Shown here one piece after another: positions 20,451 to 29,513 of a stretch of DNA of 64,000 nucleotides. The notes below the pieces were generated by a model. That model did not search any database. It was not told where the DNA came from and saw only the letters and a program-made list of their open reading frames with translations. Within the stretch, counting starts at the first letter, position 1. Every line of letters begins with the position of its first letter. Source of the DNA: an uncultured archaeon. GTDB lineage: Archaea > Thermoplasmatota > Penumbrarchaeia > JASLWR01. Where the stretch lies: NCBI GenBank assembly GCA_964430885.1, contig CAYSHM010000002.1:109009-173008 (forward strand), in the 5' to 3' direction. Made by a program: the position numbers and the translations under genes.

Positions 20451-20910
20451 CTGAAAATAATCCTTCCTAAGGATACAGATAATTACCCTATATCATTTCA
20501 ATTATTATTTAGTTTTGTTCGAGATATGAAATCAGACACCGCAATGGCAGAGGATCTTATTGGTTCATGATGAAAAAATTTATAGGTTTTAATTGCTTGC
20601 CGTATGTGAAAAAATATGGTAAATTATAAGGTAAAAATTATGTAGTCTTTAAAGAATGCAGTCACGATTAAATAAAATGATATTGTTTACCATTTAACAA
20701 ACCTTGAGGACATCTGCAGATGATGATAATAGGTGTAAGTTGCCAATATTTCATCACTTTTATTGGAGAGCAATGATTATCTAGGGTTGACTTAAATCTA
20801 ATTAATTTTATATAAATGTAAATATTTAACGTGGCTAATAATTGATAAAATTGATTTTAAAAATTTAGTAAAGCACTTGGGAAATAATTAAGGAAATGGG
20901 AGGAGTCAAA

Positions 20911-22407
20911 ATGGTTGATGATAAGGACGAATTGAACGTATTTGAAGATATCCATGAACATTACAGGAATATTTTTCAGAATTCGTTAGTAGGCATTTAT
21001 AGAAGCACACCTGACGGCAAGGTTGTTCTTGCAAATCCAGCATTGATCAAGATGTTGGGATATTCTAGTTTCAAGGAACTCGCACAGCTGAACCTTGAGG
21101 AAGGGGATAGATTCGTATCCATATCCCGAAAGGATTTCAAGGACAAGCTGGAAACGGATGGTATGATCACCGGGATGGAATACAAGATCAAAACCGCAAC
21201 AGGTGATGTGATCATTGTCAGGGAAAATGCCAAGGTCATCAAGAACGGTAAGGGGAATGCTCTGTATTATGATGGAATGATGGAGGATATAACTGAACAG
21301 AGAAGGATAAAGGACGCCCTGAAGGAAAAAGAGGAATTGTATCAGAGTCTTGTAGCCATATCTCCAGTCCCAATTATTCTTACAGACATGAAAGGCAATA
21401 TCTTGGAAGCCTCCAAGAGTGCTAAGGGATTATGGGGCTACAGCAAAATGGACGAGTTCTCGAATAAGGGAGTAATATCTCTCGTCGCTGATGAGCACCG
21501 AGAAAAGGTGAAGATAGGTTTCAATAATCTGTGTGCAAATAGACAAGTTAACGATCTCCAATTAAATTTTCTGAAGTCGGATGGAGCTATTTTCATTGGC
21601 GAGGTGAACTGTTCTCTGATCTATGGAGCTGAGGCCGAACCCAAGTATGTTATTCATACAATCAGGGACATTACTGACCAGAAAGAGATGGAGATCGAGA
21701 TGAAGAAGAGATTGATGAAATTCAATGTCGACAACGGAAATATCTATCTCATAAAAGAAGTTAGCAGCTCACTTTCCCTTGAAGTTTTTGTGGACCTATT
21801 GAACGTCCAGTTTGAAGGAATAGTAATGTCCAGAAAAACATATAAGGATTTCCAAAAGGCAATGGAAGGCGATTATGCCCATTATTGGTTGGCGGAAAGA
21901 ACGGGTCATAATTCCATCTTTCCATCCAAGGACGAGATTCTGGCCTTCGCTTCCCAACTGCCTAAAAGAAAAGTGGTATTATTAGACCGCCTGGATTACA
22001 TAATATCCAAAATAGGCTACAGTGAGACCTTGTCCATGGTTCAGTCATTAAGGGAAATTGCCTACTACTCTGATCATATCATCCTTTTCACAATAGACCC
22101 GAATGTTCTGGACGAAAGGCAACTCGCTATGCTGAACAATGAGACCAAGGAAGTCTTCCCCTTCCAAAAGGCTTGGCTACCAGAGGATCTTTTAGAAGTA
22201 CTGAAATTCGTGTACAATGAGAACAAGATGGGCAACAAACCTTCTCATACACGGGTTAGCAGGATGATAGGGATTAGTAAACCTACAGCAGGAAAAAGGA
22301 TCAGGCAGCTGGTGGATTCTGGATTTCTCATTGAGAGCCTAAAAGGAAAGAGCAAGATACTAGAACTATCGCCTGATGGGAAACGTCTGTTTCTGGAGAA
22401 TATGTGA
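20911..22407 (+). CDS. PAS-PAS-DUF835-wHTH one-component regulator
   Basis: Two PAS/PAC domains (…MEDITEQR, …IRDITDQK), DUF835 (HYWL, LLDRLDYI), C-terminal winged HTH (ISKPTAGKRIRQLVDSGFL); GGAGG SD before 20911. Confidence 0.8.
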   Translation: MVDDKDELNVFEDIHEHYRNIFQNSLVGIYRSTPDGKVVLANPALIKMLGYSSFKELAQLNLEEGDRFVSISRKDFKDKLETDGMITGMEYKIKTATGDVIIVRENAKVIKNGKGNALYYDGMMEDITEQRRIKDALKEKEELYQSLVAISPVPIILTDMKGNILEASKSAKGLWGYSKMDEFSNKGVISLVADEHREKVKIGFNNLCANRQVNDLQLNFLKSDGAIFIGEVNCSLIYGAEAEPKYVIHTIRDITDQKEMEIEMKKRLMKFNVDNGNIYLIKEVSSSLSLEVFVDLLNVQFEGIVMSRKTYKDFQKAMEGDYAHYWLAERTGHNSIFPSKDEILAFASQLPKRKVVLLDRLDYIISKIGYSETLSMVQSLREIAYYSDHIILFTIDPNVLDERQLAMLNNETKEVFPFQKAWLPEDLLEVLKFVYNENKMGNKPSHTRVSRMIGISKPTAGKRIRQLVDSGFLIESLKGKSKILELSPDGKRLFLENM

Positions 22408-22681
22408 GGCCCAGCTCTGTAAATCTTCTCAAACAGATGAAATCAGATTTCATAAGAATTTCACGATATAGATGAATCAGTTCAGGTTCAATAATAATTG
22501 AATTCGGATTTGTCAAGACTAGGTGATAGGTGTTTAATGGGTATAAATTGCAAAATTATCAATTCAATTTCTATATTGGAAGGAAGGATATAAATATAAA
22601 AAATCCCACATTTACAGTTGCTTCATTGGTGATATTGGATTTTGTGTTTTATTAAAAATCAAAGGCCGGTTCAAAGGAGCA

Positions 22682-24604
22682 ATGAAACATATGGATACTG
22701 AAGGAGATCAAATAACTTCCCGAAAGCAGCAGGTTAATCTGAAAAATCGATATCCTTCCAAATTTGCACCTCTGAACATTATTTTTTCGAAAATTCACAG
22801 GGGGGATAGAATATTCGTTGGAACTGCCTGTGCCGAGCCTCAATACCTTGTCCGTTCTCTTATAGATTATGTCGATAACAATCCAAAGGCCATTTTCGAT
22901 GCCGAGGTGATCCACGTATGGACCTTGGGTGTTGCTCCATACACACAGGGAAAGTTTAAAAGGAACTTCAGGCATAATTCGTTTTTTGTGGGTGACAATA
23001 CCAGGAATGCTGTTAACACAGGGTTGGCTGATTATACACCTATCTTCCTTTCCCAGGTGCCGGATTTATTTCAGAGAGAAGTAGTACCTATTGATGTAGC
23101 GTTAATTCAGACCTCGTTCCCGGACCGGCATGGTTATATGAGCCTTGGTATCAGTGTTGATATTGTCAAGACCGCAGTGGAGAAAGCCAAGCTGGTGATA
23201 GTTCAGGTTAATTCAAGGATGCCTAGAACCCACGGCGATGGGCATGTTCACATATCCGATGTTGATTTTATTATTCATCAAGACGAGGATATTCTGGAAT
23301 ATGATGCAGGGGGTGACTCCGATATAGCTCAAAAGATAGGTTCTTATGTTTCCCGACTGATCCAGAATGGTGATACGATCCAGGTGGGCTATGGGAGCAT
23401 ACCCGATGCCATACTTTCAAATCTGGGTGATAAAAAGGACCTGGGGGTTCATACCGAACTTCTCTCCGACGGCATTGTTGATCTTATGAAAAAGGGGGTT
23501 ATCAATAATTTCCAAAAGACCATTAACAGAGGTATTTCCGTTGCTACTTTCTGTATGGGCTCCAGAGATACCTATGATTATGTTGATGATAATCCATCCA
23601 TTAAGTTCCACACTGTGGATTATACCAATGATCCCTTGGTCATAGCCCGTCATGAAAATATGACAGCTATAAACAGCGCTTTGGAGGTTGATCTTACGGG
23701 TCAGGCCACCGCCGAATCCATAGGGAAGACCTTCTACAGCGGAATTGGAGGACAGGCCGATTTCATGAGAGGAGCAATCCTGGCCAAGAACGGGAAAACA
23801 ATACTTACTCTTAGATCCACAGCCGAGGACGGTGGGGTCAGCAGAATCGTTCCATTCCTGCAGGAGGGTGCAGGAGTAACCCTGAACAGAGGGGACATTC
23901 ACTATGTTGTTACAGAGTTCGGAATTGCATATCTTCATGGTAAGAATATAAGAGAGAGAGCAATGGCGCTAATTTCCATATCCCATCCGAAGTTCCGCCC
24001 CCAGCTCATAAAGGAAGCCAAGAAGAGCGGTATTATCTACAGGGACCAAGCATTCATACCTGGAAAGAGGGGTCAGTATCCTGAAGATATTGAGACACAC
24101 CGGGCCCTTGCAGACGGTACGCAGATGTTGATCAGACCAATTAAGATAAGTGATGAACCGCTTATCAAGGATATGTTCTATTCTTTATCTGACAAAAGTA
24201 TGTATACCCGTTTTATTTCTCCAAGGAAGGATATGCCCCACGAGCGCCTTCAGGAATTTGTGGTAATCGACTACACCAAGGAAATGGTTTTATTGGCGGT
24301 GGTTGAGGAAGAGGAAAAGGAAATAGTAGTTGGGCTGGCCCAATACGGTCTAATTCCAGGGACCCATACTGCCGAGGCTGCTTTTGTAGTAAGGGATGAT
24401 TACCAGAATCTGGGAATTGGAAGCAAGCTTATGGCATATCTTACATATTTGGCAAAGAAGCAGGGTCTTCTGGGTTTTACAGCCGAGGTTCTGGTGCAAA
24501 ACCGACCTATGCTTAGGCTTTTCGAGAAGATGGGTTTTGATATTGAGAAGCACAGCGAATATGGAGTTTATGAGCTTAAAGCATTGTTTAAGGAGATGCA
24601 GTAA
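22682..24604 (+). CDS. Acetyl-CoA hydrolase/4-hydroxybutyrate CoA-transferase family fused to a C-terminal GNAT acetyltransferase
   Basis: LGVHTE (catalytic Glu), SGIGGQADF, VTEFGIA; GNAT IRPI..SD, AFVVRDDYQNLGIG, N.PML.LF. Confidence 0.9.
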   Translation: MKHMDTEGDQITSRKQQVNLKNRYPSKFAPLNIIFSKIHRGDRIFVGTACAEPQYLVRSLIDYVDNNPKAIFDAEVIHVWTLGVAPYTQGKFKRNFRHNSFFVGDNTRNAVNTGLADYTPIFLSQVPDLFQREVVPIDVALIQTSFPDRHGYMSLGISVDIVKTAVEKAKLVIVQVNSRMPRTHGDGHVHISDVDFIIHQDEDILEYDAGGDSDIAQKIGSYVSRLIQNGDTIQVGYGSIPDAILSNLGDKKDLGVHTELLSDGIVDLMKKGVINNFQKTINRGISVATFCMGSRDTYDYVDDNPSIKFHTVDYTNDPLVIARHENMTAINSALEVDLTGQATAESIGKTFYSGIGGQADFMRGAILAKNGKTILTLRSTAEDGGVSRIVPFLQEGAGVTLNRGDIHYVVTEFGIAYLHGKNIRERAMALISISHPKFRPQLIKEAKKSGIIYRDQAFIPGKRGQYPEDIETHRALADGTQMLIRPIKISDEPLIKDMFYSLSDKSMYTRFISPRKDMPHERLQEFVVIDYTKEMVLLAVVEEEEKEIVVGLAQYGLIPGTHTAEAAFVVRDDYQNLGIGSKLMAYLTYLAKKQGLLGFTAEVLVQNRPMLRLFEKMGFDIEKHSEYGVYELKALFKEMQ

Positions 24605-26736
24605 TGGCCGAAGAGAAAAAGAATGATTGGCCGGAAATCAAATATCTTTTCGAACCCCGTTCTGTGGCAGTGATAGGTGCATCGGACAATCGCTCCAAAA
24701 TAGGATGCAGGGTCCTGGAGAACATTCTGTATAGCCGCTATCCCGGGAAGGTTTATCCGGTAAATCCCAAAGGCGGTGAGATCCTGGGTCTGGAAACCTT
24801 CACATCCATTACCGATGTTTCCGGAGAAGTTGATATGGCGGTGATTGTGATACCACACCGTTTCGTTTTTCGGTCGATCAAGGATTGCACAAAGAAGGGT
24901 GTTAAGTTCGGGGTGATAATTACATCCGGATTCTCCGAAGTAGGCAATATACAGTGTGAGAGAGAGATAGTGGATTACGCCAATGCACATGGTATGAGAA
25001 TTTTAGGGCCGAATATTTTTGGAGTTTATTCGTCAATGGCCCCAATAAATGCAACTTTCGGGCCAAAAGAAGTATCTCCCGGGAATGTGGCGCTCATTAC
25101 TCAAAGCGGTGCTTTGGGTATCGCCATGTTCGGCAAGACAAAGGTGGAGAACATCGGTCTCTCTGCGGTAATATCCGTCGGTAACAAGTCCGACATTGAC
25201 GAGGGTGAACTGCTTGATTATCTGGCGAGGGATGAGTGCACCCGTGTGATACTGATGTACATGGAGGGTGTGACCAACGGGGAGGGATTTGTTGAATCCC
25301 TCAAGAGAATAACACGGAAAAAACCCGTTGTAATAATCAAGTCAGGGAGGTCCAAGAGGGGCGCTATGGCTGCTGCATCCCATACCGGATCTCTAGCAGG
25401 AGCCGATGAGGTATTTGATGATGTAATGAGACAGTGCGGCGTTTTAAGAGCCGAGAGCGTTCAGGAGGCACTGGACTGGTGCAAGTTCCTATCCAATTCC
25501 CCTCTCCCTAAAGGAGACAGGACCGTTATAGTAACAAACGGCGGCGGTATTGGTGTTATGGCCACTGATGCGTGTGAGAAATTCGGTGTTGACCTTTATG
25601 ATGATCTTATCACTATGCAGGAGCTATTCAATCCTGTTACTCCAGAATTCGGTTCTGTGAAGAACCCTGTTGATATAACCGGTCAGGCATCGGCAGAGGA
25701 TTATAGAACGGCCCTTGAAGCTTCCATGGAATCCCCGAAGGTAGATTCGGTGGTATGTCTGGGATGTGAAACCGCCCTTTTCGATTCCAATCTTGTGACC
25801 TCGACCATTGAGGATATCTATGAACGCTATTATGGAAAAAAACCTATGGTTTTTTCCTTTTTGGGAGGCGGCGAGATGGAGAGAGGTATTGCAGAGATGA
25901 GAAAGAAGGGAATACCAGTATTCTCTGATGTGTACGATTCCATATCTTGTCTGGGGAAACTGTACACTCAATACCGGAACACCCTTGCGGGAATCTATTC
26001 AATCAATTATTCATTATCTGAAGAGGACAAAAGGATTGTATCAGAGGTTTTGGATTCAGTCCAGGCAAAGAGAAGGAAATTCCTTCTGCCGGAGGAATCA
26101 GGCAAGCTCATGGAGATAGTGAACATGCCAGTCCCCCGATCCCGAATTGCCCGGGATCTTCACCAGATAATCAAATACAGCCGTGAGATCGGGTTTCCTG
26201 TGGTCATGAAAGTAGTATCGAAAGATATTATCCATAAGAGCGACTCGGGCGGTGTGGCCCTTGACCTGGAGAACGTGGAGGAGGTCATAGATGCCTATGA
26301 GGCAATAATGTTCAACTGCCGGAAGAGCAATCCTTCAGCCCGTATAGAAGGGGTGGAGATATCTGAAATGGTCTCCACTGGTGTTGAGATGATTGTGGGT
26401 GCTAGAAGAGATGCTTCCTTTGGTCCGGTGGTGATGGTTGGTTTGGGGGGTATTTATGTGGAGGTCATGAAGGATATCTGCTTCAGGGCGCTGCCCGTTG
26501 ACCGTAAGGAAGCGATTTTAATGATAGAGGACATGCACTCATACCCGCTTTTAATGGGTGTAAGGGGAGAGGGAAGGAAGGATGTGGACGGCATAGTTGA
26601 TACTTTGATCAAGCTGGGGAAGATCTTGCTTGCGGATGAAAGAATTACTGATATTGAGATCAATCCCCTGGAGACATATGATCAGGGAAAAGGTGTGAAG
26701 GCGGTGGATGTGAGGATTCTGATTAGTGGCCTATAA
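24604..26736 (+). CDS. ADP-forming acetate/acyl-CoA ligase, fused alpha-beta
   Basis: PRSVAVIGAS, GPN, SHTGSLAG (phospho-His), TNGGGIGV, NPVD, HKSDSGGV, EINPL. Confidence 0.92.
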   Translation: MAEEKKNDWPEIKYLFEPRSVAVIGASDNRSKIGCRVLENILYSRYPGKVYPVNPKGGEILGLETFTSITDVSGEVDMAVIVIPHRFVFRSIKDCTKKGVKFGVIITSGFSEVGNIQCEREIVDYANAHGMRILGPNIFGVYSSMAPINATFGPKEVSPGNVALITQSGALGIAMFGKTKVENIGLSAVISVGNKSDIDEGELLDYLARDECTRVILMYMEGVTNGEGFVESLKRITRKKPVVIIKSGRSKRGAMAAASHTGSLAGADEVFDDVMRQCGVLRAESVQEALDWCKFLSNSPLPKGDRTVIVTNGGGIGVMATDACEKFGVDLYDDLITMQELFNPVTPEFGSVKNPVDITGQASAEDYRTALEASMESPKVDSVVCLGCETALFDSNLVTSTIEDIYERYYGKKPMVFSFLGGGEMERGIAEMRKKGIPVFSDVYDSISCLGKLYTQYRNTLAGIYSINYSLSEEDKRIVSEVLDSVQAKRRKFLLPEESGKLMEIVNMPVPRSRIARDLHQIIKYSREIGFPVVMKVVSKDIIHKSDSGGVALDLENVEEVIDAYEAIMFNCRKSNPSARIEGVEISEMVSTGVEMIVGARRDASFGPVVMVGLGGIYVEVMKDICFRALPVDRKEAILMIEDMHSYPLLMGVRGEGRKDVDGIVDTLIKLGKILLADERITDIEINPLETYDQGKGVKAVDVRILISGL

Positions 26737-26849
26737 TGATCTGAAGGTATAATCTAGAGATTAGGATGATGAGATATTGAGAATAATTTGGAATATGATT
26801 GAGTAATCCAGAATTAAAATATTTACAGATTTTTTAAATAGTTGAAGAG

Positions 26850-27899
26850 GTGCGGAGAATGAAAAGATTGGTAATTGCTTCAATAAGACCAGATGTGGGT
26901 AAGACGAGTTTGATAATCGGAATGGGTAAGGTATCCGGTAAGAAGATCGGATACATGAAGCCTCTAGGTGACAGAATGCTTTACAGGAAAAAGCGTTTGT
27001 GGGACCACGATTCCTCATTGATCACTACCTTATTCGATCTAGATGAAGACCCGCGGGACCTGAGCATCGGGTTCGAGCACGCCAAACTGCGCTACATGCT
27101 CTTTGAAGAGAACGATACAAAGGAAAAGCTCCTTGAAAGATTATCAGATATCGGAGAGGCCGAAAGGGATGTGATATTCGTCGAGGGCGGAAAGGAAGTG
27201 AATTACGGGACCTCAGTTTTTCTGGACCCTATCTCTCTATCCCGGTATCTGAATGCCGATCTGGTTTTCGTGGTTTCAGGTAACGAGGACGAGATAATGG
27301 ATGACCTTATGTTCATAGAGAGGTATGTAACACTGGAGGAAGTTGGATTTTCAGGGGTTATCATTAATAAGGTGCGGCATCCTGTTGATTTCAAGTCAAC
27401 GTACATGGAAGATATCCAGTCCTTGGGGATCAATGTGCTGGGTGTAGTTCCCTATTCATCCGAATTGACCTATCTTACGGTGAATTATCTTGTTGAAAAA
27501 TTATTTGTAAAGGTCATATCCGCCAGGGATAACCTGGACCGGGTGATAAAGAACATTTTTGTTGGGGCAATGTCAGCAGATTCCGCCCTCAGAAACCCCC
27601 TTTTCCAGAAGGAGAAGAAGTTGATAATAACTAGCGGCGATAGGAGTGATATGATAATATCCGCCCTTGAAAGCGGTGCCTCATGCATTCTTCTTACCAA
27701 CAACATCCTCCCGCCTGTAAATATAATATCCAAAGCTGAGAATTTGGGCATTCCGATTCTGTCGGTACCTGTTGATACCTATAAGGCGGCCAAATCTATT
27801 GAGAAACTAGATCCCATTCCGGCTTGGAATGATAAGGCAAAACTTGAGTGTCTAACTCAGCTCGTAAAGGAAAATGTGGATGTGGAAGGAATTCTGTAA
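26850..27899 (+). CDS. Phosphotransacetylase N-terminal-like protein (BioD-like P-loop plus DRTGG)
   Basis: VGKTS, YMKPLG, FVEGG, VGAM, ITSGDRSD; no PTA catalytic domain. Confidence 0.85.
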   Translation: MRRMKRLVIASIRPDVGKTSLIIGMGKVSGKKIGYMKPLGDRMLYRKKRLWDHDSSLITTLFDLDEDPRDLSIGFEHAKLRYMLFEENDTKEKLLERLSDIGEAERDVIFVEGGKEVNYGTSVFLDPISLSRYLNADLVFVVSGNEDEIMDDLMFIERYVTLEEVGFSGVIINKVRHPVDFKSTYMEDIQSLGINVLGVVPYSSELTYLTVNYLVEKLFVKVISARDNLDRVIKNIFVGAMSADSALRNPLFQKEKKLIITSGDRSDMIISALESGASCILLTNNILPPVNIISKAENLGIPILSVPVDTYKAAKSIEKLDPIPAWNDKAKLECLTQLVKENVDVEGIL

Positions 27900-27900
27900 C

Positions 27901-28107
27901 AGTGTGTTTCAGGAATATTTCTGCGTAAATCTATATAAACCAAGAAACACACTCTGGGAGGAAACTAGAACCGGTTTTCTGTTCGATCAGCAGTATAGAT
28001 ACACTGCACATGATATAATAATAGAAGTTATAGGAACTTATTGGTCCGGTTCAGGATATGTCTGCATCTAAAAATGCAGATATTTCGATTTATTTAACAA
28101 AGGAGGT
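27901..28107 (+). promoter_or_regulatory. Promoter/leader of the deaminase gene, with inverted repeats and a strong SD
   Basis: AGTGTGTTTC/GAAACACACT flanking CTATATAAA; hairpin 28058-28083; AGGAGGT 28101-28107. Confidence 0.45.
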
Positions 28108-28113
28108 AATGAA

Positions 28114-29433
28114 ATGGAGGACATTTTGATTGAGAATGCGACAGTTATACCTGTCAGACCCAGCGGTAAGGTTTTCAAGAACCATTCAATTTTGATAGAG
28201 AATGGTAAGATCGCCGCATTGGGGAAAATTGAAGATATTAAAAAGGAACATTCACTTACTGGTGTAAGAAATATTTCTGGTCACAAGAAGCTGGTAATGC
28301 CTGGGATGATCAACGGTCACACCCACCTGCCCGAAACACTTCTTAGGGGTATCTGTGATGATGAGATGCTGGAGAAATGGTTATGGGATCATGTATGGGT
28401 ATGGGAAGGAAGAATGAAACCCAAACAGGCTAAGGCCGGATCCATGCTGGGGACGCTCGAGCTAATCAAGAACGGGGTCACAGGTTTCATTGATCAATTC
28501 TATTACACCAACGAGATAGCTGAGGCCGTTGATGAGAGCGGCATCAGGGGTCTTATCTGTCCCAGTGTTTTTGATAATAATGCTGAAGCAGGGTCCATAG
28601 ATAATTGTTTCAAGAGAGCCTGTGAGGTAGTTGACCAATGGTACGGCAAGGAGGACCGGATCATGTGGGGAATGGGACCTCATGCGCCATACACTGTTGA
28701 CAAGGATTGGCTTCTGAAGATCAAGGATTTCGTTCATGATAGGAAACTGCCTATTCATATACATGTACAGGAGACCCAGTGGGAGATCGACCAGGCACAA
28801 GAGAGTTTTGGGAATTCACCGGTTAAGTACATGGAGGAGATCGGACTTCTTGAGGAAAAGATACTTGCAGCCCACTGTGTTGTCACCTCGGATGAGGACC
28901 GCGACATTATGAAGAAATACGATGTCCATGTACTTCACAATCCCACATCCAATCTGAAATTGTCTTCAGGTATTGCACCTGTACAGAATTATCTTGAGAG
29001 GGGTATCAATGTGACGGTAGGAACGGACGGCAACGGGTCCAACAACGATCTGGACATGCTCACTGAGATCCATCTTGCAGCACTTCTGCAGAAATATTCC
29101 ACAGGCGTTCCCACAGCGATGCCCCTGGATTGGACTTTGGATCTAGCTACCATAAATGGCGCCAAGGCAATGGGTATCGATGATCGAGTTGGAACCCTTG
29201 AGGTCGGCAAGGAGGCCGACATGATTATTATGAATGTGAGCGGAGTAAACATGAATCCGCCTCACGATATGCTGTCCAATCTGATATACTCATCTTCATC
29301 CCGGGATATCGAAACAGTCATGGTCAAGGGCAATATAATAATGGAAGAAGGCCGCGTCCTGACAATGGATGAGGAGAAGGTAATAGAAGAGGGCAACGAG
29401 GCCATGAGGGTTCTCAGAGGGGATTTTGAATAG
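28114..29433 (+). CDS. mtaD: Amidohydrolase, MTA/SAH (5'-deoxyadenosine) deaminase-like
   Basis: PGMINGHTH, GPHAPYT, HIHVQET, AHCV, NP.SNLKL.SG, GTDG..SNN. Confidence 0.75.
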   Translation: MEDILIENATVIPVRPSGKVFKNHSILIENGKIAALGKIEDIKKEHSLTGVRNISGHKKLVMPGMINGHTHLPETLLRGICDDEMLEKWLWDHVWVWEGRMKPKQAKAGSMLGTLELIKNGVTGFIDQFYYTNEIAEAVDESGIRGLICPSVFDNNAEAGSIDNCFKRACEVVDQWYGKEDRIMWGMGPHAPYTVDKDWLLKIKDFVHDRKLPIHIHVQETQWEIDQAQESFGNSPVKYMEEIGLLEEKILAAHCVVTSDEDRDIMKKYDVHVLHNPTSNLKLSSGIAPVQNYLERGINVTVGTDGNGSNNDLDMLTEIHLAALLQKYSTGVPTAMPLDWTLDLATINGAKAMGIDDRVGTLEVGKEADMIIMNVSGVNMNPPHDMLSNLIYSSSSRDIETVMVKGNIIMEEGRVLTMDEEKVIEEGNEAMRVLRGDFE

Positions 29434-29513
29434 ATTCACGATATTTTTGGAATTTGGGAGTGGGATCAAAGATAACATCCCCTCCCTACAACCTTATTTG
29501 TGAATGAAAAAAA

